Below are positions 45,959 through 55,926 of a DNA stretch of 64,000 nucleotides, in pieces (the first letter of the stretch is position 1; every line of letters starts with the position of its first letter). The DNA lies in assembly GCA_049792755.1 (NCBI GenBank), contig JBARBF010000079.1, forward strand, positions 5,218-69,217. The letters run 5' to 3'. The position numbers and the translations under genes are program-made. The DNA is from Bacteroidales bacterium. Lineage in GTDB: Bacteria > Bacteroidota > Bacteroidia > Bacteroidales > VadinHA17. The notes beneath the pieces were generated by a model that was not told the DNA's origin, did no database searches, and worked only from the letters and a program-made list of their open reading frames with translations.

Positions 45959-47581
45959 ATGGAAAAACGAAGAACACCATCTCACCGTGTCAGATATTTT
46001 ATAAGGAACAGTAATTCTGCCTTTCATCCTAAACATTTGTCATACAAATGGTTCCTGCTGGCTAATATTATGCTTGGAACCTTCATGGCAGTGCTTGATG
46101 CTACTATTGTAAATGTAGGTTTACCAAAAATCATGGCATCATTCGGAGTCGGGCTTGATAAAATTGAATGGGTTGTGACAGCATATATGCTCGCTATGGC
46201 TGTTGCGCTTCCTACATCGGGGTGGCTTGCGGATAAATTCGGTTATAAACGATTGTATTTCATTGGTTTATTTTTGTTTACTCTGGGATCAATGCTGTGC
46301 GGAAGGTCTTCAGATGAGAACATGCTGATCTTCTCCAGGGTAATCCAGGGTTTTGGAGCCGGTACTATCCAGCCTTTGGGTATGGCAATTATTACTCGTG
46401 AATTTCCTCCTCACCAGCGGGGTATTGCACTTGGATTCTGGGGCATTTCTGCAGCAGCTTCTGTTTCATTCGGACCATTGATTGGCGGTTTTCTGATCGA
46501 CAAGTTCAGCTGGCCCCTGATATTTGATGTGAATATACCCGTTGGAATCTTGGCAATGATATTCACAATAATTATTCAAAGCGAATACATAAACAGAAAA
46601 ACACGTAAATTCGATATTGTCGGCTTCATTTCCGTGACGATTTTTCTTCCTCTGACTCTTTACATCCTTTCACAGGGAAATGCGGCTACCAACTCAGCCG
46701 GCTGGCATGCTCCTTTTATACTTGCATACGGTGCGATAGCTTTAATTGCCCTTGCGGTTTTTATAACCGCCGAGCTGACAGTCAAAGAGCCTCTGCTGGA
46801 TTTAAGGCTGCTAAAAAATCACAATTTTGGTATAGCTAATATCATCCTGGTCATATTTAGTCTTGGAATGTTCGGGAGTACTTTTTTATTGCCTATCTAT
46901 CTTCAGAATTCACTGGGTTATACTGCTCTTCAGGCTGGTTCAGTTTTTCTTCCCGTAGGTATTATTCAGGGAACAATTGCTCCTATTTCTGGTAGAATTT
47001 CTGATAAATTCAATCCAAAGCTGCCACTTTTTATCGGGGTTGTGCTGTTTGCTTTCAGTTTCTACCTTAACTCCAATCTTTCATGGCTGACTGAACTGCA
47101 TTTCATTATGTTGTCATTGTATCTCAGGGGTGTTGCTATGGGACTGATGTTTACTGCTCTGACAACTGTCTCCCTCTCGGAGATACCGCGTGAAAAAATG
47201 GCCCAGGCCTCAGCAATTACAAATTCAATCAGACAATTGGGAGGAAGTCTGGGTGTTGCTTTGCTTGCGACATTACTGACCACAAGAGTCAACTATCATG
47301 CGCAGGTATTTGGAAATGCCGTAAAACCCGGTTCAGAGATTTACCAGCAGACTTCGACTAAAATAAAATATTATCTGCAGAATGATGCCGGAAGTTCTCC
47401 GGCCAATGCAGCAAGGCAAAGCCAGGCAATGCTTCTTTCAAATCTTAGTAAACAGGCTTACATACAAGGCATTGATGACGATTTTCTACTGGCAGGCATT
47501 ATAACTCTTATGGGAGGAATACCGATAATATTTCTGCATACAAAAAAATTAAAAATTAAAAATCTTCCGGCAAATGAATAA
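45959..47581 (+). CDS. MFS transporter, DHA2 (EmrB/QacA, 14-TMS) family
   Basis: 540 aa. Contains FMAVLDATIVNVGLPKI and WLADKFGYKRLY, and has about 14 hydrophobic helices. Confidence 0.88.
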   Translation: MEKRRTPSHRVRYFIRNSNSAFHPKHLSYKWFLLANIMLGTFMAVLDATIVNVGLPKIMASFGVGLDKIEWVVTAYMLAMAVALPTSGWLADKFGYKRLYFIGLFLFTLGSMLCGRSSDENMLIFSRVIQGFGAGTIQPLGMAIITREFPPHQRGIALGFWGISAAASVSFGPLIGGFLIDKFSWPLIFDVNIPVGILAMIFTIIIQSEYINRKTRKFDIVGFISVTIFLPLTLYILSQGNAATNSAGWHAPFILAYGAIALIALAVFITAELTVKEPLLDLRLLKNHNFGIANIILVIFSLGMFGSTFLLPIYLQNSLGYTALQAGSVFLPVGIIQGTIAPISGRISDKFNPKLPLFIGVVLFAFSFYLNSNLSWLTELHFIMLSLYLRGVAMGLMFTALTTVSLSEIPREKMAQASAITNSIRQLGGSLGVALLATLLTTRVNYHAQVFGNAVKPGSEIYQQTSTKIKYYLQNDAGSSPANAARQSQAMLLSNLSKQAYIQGIDDDFLLAGIITLMGGIPIIFLHTKKLKIKNLPANE

Positions 47582-48917
47582 TAAAATAATCATGAGATCA
47601 ATTCTTTCTGGCTTAATACTCTTTATCTTTTTCAGTGATATTATCATTGGCCAGGTCAATTCAGAAACTCAGGTGAAAACTTCCACTGATTCACTTTCAT
47701 TAAAAAATGTAATTAAAAATGTAGTTTCCTCATACCCTACAGTCAAGGTTGCAGAAGAAGCTATCAATAATGCAGATGCAAAAATTGGTCTGGCAAAAAC
47801 CGGGTATAACCCTGTAGTAGATATAAGTGCAAGTTTTGCCAACATGGCGCCTGTCATTAAATTTACTTTCCCGGGCTTGGGAACATTTCAGCTTAATCCA
47901 AATAACAATTATTCCGCGGCTGTTAATTACCAGCAACTTATCTATGACTTCGGGCGGACGCGGCAGTACATAAAACTAGAAAATGAGAACAAGGCTCTGG
48001 GTGAACAGACACTGGAACAGGTAAAACAAAAACTATCGCTCTATGCAATCAATAACTTCTATACTCTGGATTTCCTTCAGAGTGCAATTAAGATAAAAGA
48101 TGAGGAATTAGATGCATTAAATGAGCATCTAAGTTATATTGAAAAAATGATGGCTACCGGTTCTGCTACGGAATACCAGGTTCTATCGACTAAAGTCAAA
48201 ATATCGACAGTTGAAAGTCAGAAAGTAGACCTTGAGGCTTCTTTGATTGCTCAACAGGCATCGCTGAACTCGCTGCTAGGTAATAATCAATCTTCCGTCC
48301 CTGTTGTGAAAAACGAATTATCAGCGGAGCTTCCTGTTGTCCCTTCCGATTCATTATTGTCATTTGCTTTTCGTAACAGGGATGAAGTGCTTATAGTACA
48401 AAGGAGAAAGTCGCTTGCCGAGTTAAGCTATGGAATGACAAAATTGCAGAATAAACCTGTAATAGGTCTTCAGGCATCAGCCGGAGCAAAAAACGGATAT
48501 ATACCCGATCTTAACAAGTTCACGCCAAATTATGTCATCGGCCTTGGATTGAGTGTTCCTATATTTGATGGAATGAAGAACAGGTACAATCTTTTACAGG
48601 CTAAATCTGCAGTTACGTCTTTGTCGTATGAATCTGAAACTATCAAAAGAAATATATCGAATGAAGTTTACGAAGCTGAAGCATATCTGTCGGCAGCAGT
48701 GAAAAAAGTAACCCAGTTCGAGCTCCAGCTGAAACAGGCCCTGAAGGCTTATTCTCTGGCTGAGACAAGCTTTAGATCGGGAGTAATAACAAACCTCGAT
48801 CTTCTTGATGCAAATACATCAGTTTCCGAAAGCAGGCTGATGCTTCTAAAATCGAAAATTGATTATGCTGCAAGCATCTATAAACTTAAGGCTGCAATGG
48901 GTGAAAGAGTTTATTGA
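47574..48917 (+). CDS. TolC-family outer membrane efflux protein
   Basis: 447 aa with a signal peptide and the two-repeat OEP pattern. It overlaps the MFS gene stop by 8 nt. Confidence 0.85.
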   Translation: MNNKIIMRSILSGLILFIFFSDIIIGQVNSETQVKTSTDSLSLKNVIKNVVSSYPTVKVAEEAINNADAKIGLAKTGYNPVVDISASFANMAPVIKFTFPGLGTFQLNPNNNYSAAVNYQQLIYDFGRTRQYIKLENENKALGEQTLEQVKQKLSLYAINNFYTLDFLQSAIKIKDEELDALNEHLSYIEKMMATGSATEYQVLSTKVKISTVESQKVDLEASLIAQQASLNSLLGNNQSSVPVVKNELSAELPVVPSDSLLSFAFRNRDEVLIVQRRKSLAELSYGMTKLQNKPVIGLQASAGAKNGYIPDLNKFTPNYVIGLGLSVPIFDGMKNRYNLLQAKSAVTSLSYESETIKRNISNEVYEAEAYLSAAVKKVTQFELQLKQALKAYSLAETSFRSGVITNLDLLDANTSVSESRLMLLKSKIDYAASIYKLKAAMGERVY

Positions 48918-48936
48918 TAAGAGCCAGAGTACTTAA

Positions 48937-50289
48937 TTAATTTCTGCATCTGGTAATACCAAGGTTCAGTGAGGAATTAGAACCCGAAACAACAAGGGCC
49001 GCTCCCAACGCTGATGCGTTAGCTATTTCTGAAGTATAAACAAATTTTGAAGGATATGCTTTTGATATTTGATTCTGGAAAAGTTTATTTTTTGAAAAAC
49101 CTCCTGTTATATAGATGTTTTCAGTCTCGTCATATTCGGATAGAACAAGATTGACGGCCTCTATGGTAAGATCACCTAATTCATTCATTAGTTGATAATA
49201 TGCCTCTTCAAAATTATTGAATTCATACATGTCAATAAAATCTTTCAATTCCCTTGAATATGCACCAGCTTGAAAGAATGCCTTTTTACCATTGAATTTT
49301 GACTTTAAAAGAGTTGAAAACTGACTATCGGCTTTGATTTTTTTATAATAATCTTCAGGTTTTCTGAAATGATCACAAATTTTTTTTAATGCCGTTTCGT
49401 GCAGATGTCCGAGGAATAATCTTGAAGATTTTACCGGTTGTCTGGTTATACTCATATAACAAAGGCAATCTTTATCGAGCTGATCAGCTGTTAATTTCTC
49501 GGAATTGAATGGATTCATGTTTATGCACCAGGTGCCTGTTGAAATCAAAATAAACTTTCCTTTACTGCTTGAGAAATATGGCGCCAGCGAAGATGAACTG
49601 TCGTGAATACCAATTCCGATACTGACTTTTTTCCCATCAACCTCTGTTTCATTTAATGTTTCAACAGGTACAGGTTCAGGGAAGTTCAGACCGTGAGTGT
49701 TAATCCAAGGATGATAATTCATATTATCAAAATCCCATAGAGAGGTATGACAACCGATAGAAGTATGTTCGGAATAGATTTTTCCGGTCATTATGTATGA
49801 TAGGTACTGAGGAAAATGAAGTATATGTTTTATTTTGGCAAATACTTCGGGTTTAGCTGCCTTAAGCCAAAGTGGCTGCAATCCGGAATTTAACATTCCC
49901 AGTGCGGGAGAAGCCGTTCTTCTGCAAAATTCATCTCTTCCTCCATGTCTCTTGTACAGGCTCTCAGGGATCTTTTCATCCATTGGTTTCAGATAATTAT
50001 AAACAGGAGTCAGTCTTTTTCCATTTTCATCAAGATAGACAAGAGTTGCCCCATAGGTGGTAAAATTTACAGCTTTAAGTTCATATTTATCTGAATGTAC
50101 CAGTTTTATCAGAGATTCTTTTATCCATTTTTCAATATGCTCAATATCATCACATTCAAAGCCATCATCGTCCTGAATTTCATCAAATTTCTCCTCAATT
50201 TCTGATACTATTTTAAAATCTTCATTAAAGAGAATTATCTTCTTGTTTGTTTTTCCGATGTCATAAATAGCTGTAACAGTCTCTTTCAT
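48937..50289 (-). CDS. FGGY-family sugar kinase, probable rhamnulokinase by context
   Basis: 450 aa. N-terminal IYDIGKTNKK matches the actin-ATPase phosphate-1 region, and C-terminal ITGGFSKN is present. It is the last gene of the rha operon. Confidence 0.7.
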   Translation of the reverse strand: MKETVTAIYDIGKTNKKIILFNEDFKIVSEIEEKFDEIQDDDGFECDDIEHIEKWIKESLIKLVHSDKYELKAVNFTTYGATLVYLDENGKRLTPVYNYLKPMDEKIPESLYKRHGGRDEFCRRTASPALGMLNSGLQPLWLKAAKPEVFAKIKHILHFPQYLSYIMTGKIYSEHTSIGCHTSLWDFDNMNYHPWINTHGLNFPEPVPVETLNETEVDGKKVSIGIGIHDSSSSLAPYFSSSKGKFILISTGTWCINMNPFNSEKLTADQLDKDCLCYMSITRQPVKSSRLFLGHLHETALKKICDHFRKPEDYYKKIKADSQFSTLLKSKFNGKKAFFQAGAYSRELKDFIDMYEFNNFEEAYYQLMNELGDLTIEAVNLVLSEYDETENIYITGGFSKNKLFQNQISKAYPSKFVYTSEIANASALGAALVVSGSNSSLNLGITRCRN

Positions 50290-50296
50290 AGAATTT

Positions 50297-51562
50297 CTAC
50301 CTCTTTATAAGCACCTCTTTTTCGTACTTTACAATCTCATTAATGTAATCCTGTCCTACCGGAACTTTGTTCTTCTGACAATAGTAATCATAAACAGCAC
50401 CGAAAGGCTTTGTTTTAAGGAGCTCAAGCAATGCCAGTCTTTCGAAGTTTTTTCCTTTTTCTTCATTTTTAACAAGAATATTGAAAGGCTCAAGCAAAGC
50501 ATACAAAAAAGCCAGTTGAGCAGAACGTATTCCAATAACATAGGCCCCTATCCGGTTTAAACTTGCGTCAAAGAAATCCAGACCCACATTAACACGGTTC
50601 AGAGCTTTTGTTCTGACTATTTCCTGAGTAATCAGCAACAGTTCTTCGTTAAGCGTAAGAACATGATCGCTGTCCCAGCGAACGCCCCGAGTTAAATGCA
50701 ACAGTATCTCATCAACAAAATGCAAAATAGAGGAAATCTTATCTCCTACCGATTCAGTCGGATGAAAATGGCCATTATCAAGTGTAATTAAAATATTGTT
50801 TTTTATTGCATAACCCAGATAGAAATCGTGCGATCCTACTACCATTGACTCAGAACCAATTCCAAACAACTTGCTTTCCACCGAATCTTTAAGATGTTTT
50901 TTCGGATATTTAACCGCGAAAATCTCATCTAATGATTTTTTCAGTTGTTTTCGCAATGTATTCCTGTCAACAGGAGTATCTTTCATTCCATCAGGTATCC
51001 AGATATTATGTACAGCCGGAGTCCCGAGTTGTTTCCCCATTTCTGCCCCAATAGCACGACATCTCTTGGTATGCTCAACCCAGAATTTTCTGATCTTTTC
51101 ATCCTTACTTGAAAGTGTAAAGCCATCATCGGCCAGGGGATGAGAAAAACAGGTACAGTTGAAATCAAGACCAATACCCTTTTTTTTAGCCCAGTCTATC
51201 CATCCCTGGAAATGTTTTGGCTCGATCTGATCACGATCAATAATCTTGCCCTCGAATTCACCATAAATTGCGTGGAGATTTAGTCTTTGTTTTCCGGGAA
51301 CAAGTGACATCACCTTATCGAGATCAGATCTCATCTGTTCTATAGTTTTTGCTTTCCCGGGAAAGTTTCCGGTAGCCTGTATACCACCTCCACCCAGGAC
51401 AGATCCGGGTTTCTCAAAACCACCAACATCATCCGTTTGCCAGCAATGCAAACTTATAACTATCTTGTCCATTTCAGAGATTACCTTGTCGGTGTCAACT
51501 CCCAGTTCAGCATATTGTCCTTTAGCAAGCTGATAAGATTCTTCAATTAATTCCTTGTTCAT
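50297..51562 (-). CDS. rhaA: L-rhamnose isomerase
   Basis: From the ATG at 51562: MNKELIEESYQLAKGQYAELGVDTDKVISEMDKIVISLHCWQTDDVGGFE. This parallels E. coli RhaA (...SMHCWQGDDVSGFE). Confidence 0.9.
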   Translation of the reverse strand: MNKELIEESYQLAKGQYAELGVDTDKVISEMDKIVISLHCWQTDDVGGFEKPGSVLGGGGIQATGNFPGKAKTIEQMRSDLDKVMSLVPGKQRLNLHAIYGEFEGKIIDRDQIEPKHFQGWIDWAKKKGIGLDFNCTCFSHPLADDGFTLSSKDEKIRKFWVEHTKRCRAIGAEMGKQLGTPAVHNIWIPDGMKDTPVDRNTLRKQLKKSLDEIFAVKYPKKHLKDSVESKLFGIGSESMVVGSHDFYLGYAIKNNILITLDNGHFHPTESVGDKISSILHFVDEILLHLTRGVRWDSDHVLTLNEELLLITQEIVRTKALNRVNVGLDFFDASLNRIGAYVIGIRSAQLAFLYALLEPFNILVKNEEKGKNFERLALLELLKTKPFGAVYDYYCQKNKVPVGQDYINEIVKYEKEVLIKR

Positions 51563-51617
51563 AATTATTGTATTTATAATATTCCTTTCTTTGATTTTGG
51601 GCTCGCCCAAATCCTCG

Positions 51618-51665
51618 CTTCGGTTCTTTGTTTACCCCGGCCCCAGGTGGAGCTAAGAACCGAAG
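51618..51665. repeat. intra-operon hairpin carrying a GC-rich repeat in its loop
   Basis: Perfect 11-bp stem CTTCGGTTCTT / AAGAACCGAAG. The loop TGTTTACCCCGGCCCCAGGTGGAGCT resembles repeat arm B at 33708-33728. Confidence 0.7.
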
Positions 51666-51695
51666 ACTCGAATTGCAGATTTTAAGTTGCTCGTT

Positions 51696-52016
51696 TTATT
51701 CCATATAAAACACCTGTTCCAATGGAATTGATACCGGAGAACTATCAGAGTTTGTCTCCATAATATCGGCCATAAATTTCCACCATTTTTTTACTATTTC
51801 AGTATTTCCCAGATCCTGTGAAGAGCTCTCTCCTGATTGCTCCTGATATGCAAATAGAGTGTTTGTATCTTCATCGAGGAAAATAGAATAATTTCCAATA
51901 CCTTCGTTTTTCAATAGTTGTACAAGTTCAGGCCATATTTCACTATGGCGTTTTTTATATTCCTCCTTGAAACCCGGAAGCATTTTCATTTTAAAACCAA
52001 ATCTTTTTGTCTCCAT
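51696..52016 (-). CDS. rhaM: L-rhamnose mutarotase
   Basis: From the ATG at 52016: METKRFGFKMKMLPGFKEEYKKRHSEIWPELVQLLKNEGIGNYSIF..., the RhaM/YiiL family pattern. About 106 aa. Confidence 0.88.
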   Translation of the reverse strand: METKRFGFKMKMLPGFKEEYKKRHSEIWPELVQLLKNEGIGNYSIFLDEDTNTLFAYQEQSGESSSQDLGNTEIVKKWWKFMADIMETNSDSSPVSIPLEQVFYME

Positions 52017-52020
52017 TTTT

Positions 52021-53049
52021 CTAACCCAATTTAACGACAAACGTTGAAAGAATAAGAATAATTATTCCGATTGAAAGTACAATTATAGTTTTTCTTTTGG
52101 CTCCCTTCCATTCATTCAGGAAGATACCCCAGATATTGCTTATTGCAATATTCAAAGCCATTAATATACTCCAGCCAAAAACAGCCATACCCTGCGGAAG
52201 TCTGCTGGAGCCCATACCAAAGAAATGAAATTGCAGGAACCATAGGATACCAGCCAGAAATGTAAAAAACAAATTATTCAGAAGAACACTGCCAGAAACA
52301 GAAAAATAGTCCCTGTAGGTTTTGTTTTTAATATTCAGATAACCGCAATAAATTAGATTTGTGATGAAACCCCCGAACAGGATAAAAATAAGGGATGGAT
52401 TTTTTTGAAAAAGAGGATTTGTTCCGTGTGCAAGAGCTACATTTTCTATTGGTTTGGCATATTCGAATCCGAAATTAAAACAGGCACTCATCACGCCTGC
52501 GAAGATAGCAATAAGTATTCCCTTTTTCAGAGCGAATTCTTTAACTGCAGCTTTTTTTTCCTCCTCCGTCATCTCCTTGCTCTTTAGTGAACCTGCATAA
52601 CCGATAACTGCAATACCGACCACAGTAATTGATACACCAACTATCGTAAGAATTCCGGCAGGCGATGAAAAAAGGTTGCCACCAGAGATTATAGGAGGTA
52701 TTAAAGTTCCGAATGCAGCACAAAGGCCTAAAGCAATACTCTGTCCGAGAGCTACACCCAGATATCTGATGCTCAAGCCAAATGTCAGTCCGCCAAAGCC
52801 CCATAAAGCTCCAAAAAACATTGCCATAAGTTTAGCAGAAGAGGGAGCTTCATGAATAATCGGCAAAAGCTCACCCTTGGGCACAAAAATCAACGCGAAC
52901 AACACGGGTGCAATAAGCCAGGCAGCAACCCCCTGACTTATCCAATATGATTCCCATGCCCATAATCTGACTTTTTTAAATGGTACATAAAAGCTTGCAG
53001 CGCCTATGCTTCCCAATGCAATAAGTAGTATACCTGCTATCGGATTCAT
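52021..53049 (-). CDS. rhaT: L-rhamnose/proton symporter
   Basis: From the ATG at 53049: MNPIAGILLIALGSIGAASFYVPFKKV...WESYW. About 10 TMs, matching the RhaT family pattern. Confidence 0.85.
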   Translation of the reverse strand: MNPIAGILLIALGSIGAASFYVPFKKVRLWAWESYWISQGVAAWLIAPVLFALIFVPKGELLPIIHEAPSSAKLMAMFFGALWGFGGLTFGLSIRYLGVALGQSIALGLCAAFGTLIPPIISGGNLFSSPAGILTIVGVSITVVGIAVIGYAGSLKSKEMTEEEKKAAVKEFALKKGILIAIFAGVMSACFNFGFEYAKPIENVALAHGTNPLFQKNPSLIFILFGGFITNLIYCGYLNIKNKTYRDYFSVSGSVLLNNLFFTFLAGILWFLQFHFFGMGSSRLPQGMAVFGWSILMALNIAISNIWGIFLNEWKGAKRKTIIVLSIGIIILILSTFVVKLG

Positions 53050-53176
53050 GCAAAATTCTTTAATGAAAGTGATTTGCAATTTATAAACTTTCAGGCATGA
53101 AAAAGACTTTTGAGATGTTTTTTTATTCAGACAATTTTTTATAATCTTGATAGTAATTATAAAACATTCCTAAACT

Positions 53177-55909
53177 ATGAAATCACTTAAACTTATACTC
53201 GCTTTTCTTTCGCTTTTCGGAGTAACTTTTGCCCAGGATCCATCTTTAAAGGATTTGACTGTGGATCATAAGATAAATCCTATAGGAACAGAAAATAAAC
53301 ATCCAAGATTTTCGTGGAAAATAATCGAGGCCGGATATAATATCATGCAATCTGCTTATTCAGTAAGGGTTGCTACAGATGTGAAATTTTCATCTTCAAA
53401 AATTATCTGGCAATCAGGCAAAGTTGTATCTGATGAATCTATCCTTCAACCATATAATGGCCCTGAGCTTAAGTCAGGGCAGCGGTATTACTGGCAGGTT
53501 AAAATATGGGACAACAAAGGTAAAGAATCAAAATGGAGTTCCACTGCATACTTTGAAATGGGATTGCTTTCACTATCTGATTGGAAAGCAAAATGGATTG
53601 AAATGGAGGGCGACACAATAAGATATTCTCCTTCACCGCATTTCAGAAAGGAATTCCTGTCAAATAAAACAGTTGCCAGTGCCAGAGTCTATGTTACATC
53701 CCATGGCTTTTATGAGTTATGGCTGAATGGGAAAAAAGTTGGTGACCAGGTACTTACTCCAGGTTGGACTTCTTATGGTAAAAGACTTCAATATCAAGTA
53801 TATGATGTCACCAATATGATCTTAAAAGGCACCAATGCTGTTGGAGCCGTTCTTGGTGATGGTTGGTACAGAGGTACTCTCGCCTGGGGAGATAATTGGG
53901 CAATTTATGGAAAACGGCTTGGAATTCTTTTCCAGTTAGCAATTACATATACGGATGGTTCCGAAGCTGTGATGATAAGCGATGAGACATGGAAGGCTTC
54001 AAACGACGGACCAGTCAGAATGAATGATATTTACAACGGCGAGATATACGATGCAACTAAAAAACTTACAGGTTGGACCATAGCAGGTTATGATGACAAA
54101 AACTGGCAAAATGTTAAAATCGGAAATTATAATTACAATAACATTATTGCTTCTGAAGGATCCCCAATCAGGAAGATTCAGGAAATTAAGCCGGTTAAAA
54201 TATTCAGAACACCAAAAGGCAATCTGATAGTGGATATGGGTCAAAACATGGTCGGGTGGTTAAAATTAAAAGTTTCAGGCAATAAAGGAACCGTTATCAC
54301 ATTACGGCATGCCGAAGTTCTGGATAAATTCGGTGAATTTTATACAACAAATCTCCGGGCAGCAAAATGTCAGTTGACATATACTTTGGACGGAAGCGGT
54401 GAAGAGATTTATGAACCAAGGTTTACTTTCATGGGCTTCAGATTTGTTGAAGTCACAGGATTTCCCGGGGAACTTACCGCAGATAATCTTACAGGAGTGG
54501 TTGTACATTCAGACATGGCAGTTACAGGAAGTTATGAATGTTCCAATCCACTTATTAATCAGTTACAACATAACATTCAATGGGGTCAGAAGGGCAATTT
54601 TGTAGATGTTCCGACTGACTGCCCCCAGAGAGACGAACGGCTTGGCTGGACCGGAGATGCTCAGGCATTCTGCAGGACAGCTGCTTTTAATATGGATGTA
54701 TCATCCTTTTTTACGAAGTGGTTAAAAGACATAGCTGCTGATCAGAAACCGGGAGGTGAAGTACCGGATGTAATCCCTGATATTCTGAACAAACAGGGTT
54801 CTGCAATTGCTCAACCTTCAGCCGGCTGGGGAGACGTTTCAGTTATTGCACCCTGGACCATGTACATGATATATGGCGACAAGAATTTCCTGGAAAACCA
54901 GTATCAGAGTATGAAAGCATGGGTCGAATATATAAGAAAGAAAGCAGGAAATACATTTATATGGAAGGGAGGAAGCAAATATGGCGACTGGTTATTTTAT
55001 CATCCTCCGGTTAACAATCACACAGAACCGGATGGCTATACTGATCATGATTTTATTGCTACTGCATTTTACGCATATTCCACAAGAATTGTAGCAGAAG
55101 CTGCGAAGATGCTTGGCAAAACAGATGATGCAAAAATGTACTCAGATCTTTTTAATAAAATTAAGGAAGTGTTTATTAATGAATATGTTACTAAAGCTGG
55201 CCGGGTGGGAACAAATTCACAGACATCTTATGTTCTCGCCTTAAAATTTAATCTTTTACCTGAAAACCTCAGGTCCAAAGCTGCGGAGTTTTTGGCCAAT
55301 GATATAAAAAGCAGGAATAATCATCTTTCAACCGGTTTCCTGGGGACACCTTATCTGTGTCATGTTTTATCCGATAATGGATATACGGATACTGCGTACG
55401 ATTTGTTACTTCAGGAAACCTATCCCTCATGGTTGTACCCTGTTAAAATGGGTGCAACAACAATCTGGGAACGCTGGGATGGAGAGAAAACCGACAGCAC
55501 TTTTCAGGATCCTGGGATGAATTCATTTAACCATTACGCATACGGTGCCATCGGCGATTGGATGTACAGGGTTTCAGCAGGAATTGAAATAATGGGGCCC
55601 GGATATAAACACATGATTATTCAACCGCACCCTTCAGGGAAGTTGACTTATTCTAAAGCTTCTTTTGAAAGCTCCTATGGTACAATTGCTTCAGGATGGG
55701 AAAAGAAGGATGGAAAAGTTGTGGTAAAGGTCAGAATACCTGCAAATACCACAGCTACAATTATTTTGCCGGCCAAAGATGAGAATAAAGTTACTGAGGA
55801 AGGGAAAGTATTATCGCAGAATGTTTATTTAAGAGATATAAAGGCTTCTGATAATAAGATTATTATGCTAGCAGGTTCAGGAGAATATACTTTTGAGATT
55901 GCGGAATGA
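53177..55909 (+). CDS. alpha-L-rhamnosidase, GH78, secreted
   Basis: 910 aa with a signal peptide. Contains NPIGTENKHPRFSWK and the catalytic-domain motif DCPQRDERLGWTGDAQ. Confidence 0.9.
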   Translation: MKSLKLILAFLSLFGVTFAQDPSLKDLTVDHKINPIGTENKHPRFSWKIIEAGYNIMQSAYSVRVATDVKFSSSKIIWQSGKVVSDESILQPYNGPELKSGQRYYWQVKIWDNKGKESKWSSTAYFEMGLLSLSDWKAKWIEMEGDTIRYSPSPHFRKEFLSNKTVASARVYVTSHGFYELWLNGKKVGDQVLTPGWTSYGKRLQYQVYDVTNMILKGTNAVGAVLGDGWYRGTLAWGDNWAIYGKRLGILFQLAITYTDGSEAVMISDETWKASNDGPVRMNDIYNGEIYDATKKLTGWTIAGYDDKNWQNVKIGNYNYNNIIASEGSPIRKIQEIKPVKIFRTPKGNLIVDMGQNMVGWLKLKVSGNKGTVITLRHAEVLDKFGEFYTTNLRAAKCQLTYTLDGSGEEIYEPRFTFMGFRFVEVTGFPGELTADNLTGVVVHSDMAVTGSYECSNPLINQLQHNIQWGQKGNFVDVPTDCPQRDERLGWTGDAQAFCRTAAFNMDVSSFFTKWLKDIAADQKPGGEVPDVIPDILNKQGSAIAQPSAGWGDVSVIAPWTMYMIYGDKNFLENQYQSMKAWVEYIRKKAGNTFIWKGGSKYGDWLFYHPPVNNHTEPDGYTDHDFIATAFYAYSTRIVAEAAKMLGKTDDAKMYSDLFNKIKEVFINEYVTKAGRVGTNSQTSYVLALKFNLLPENLRSKAAEFLANDIKSRNNHLSTGFLGTPYLCHVLSDNGYTDTAYDLLLQETYPSWLYPVKMGATTIWERWDGEKTDSTFQDPGMNSFNHYAYGAIGDWMYRVSAGIEIMGPGYKHMIIQPHPSGKLTYSKASFESSYGTIASGWEKKDGKVVVKVRIPANTTATIILPAKDENKVTEEGKVLSQNVYLRDIKASDNKIIMLAGSGEYTFEIAE

Positions 55910-55926
55910 ATCCTTGGCAGGATAAC

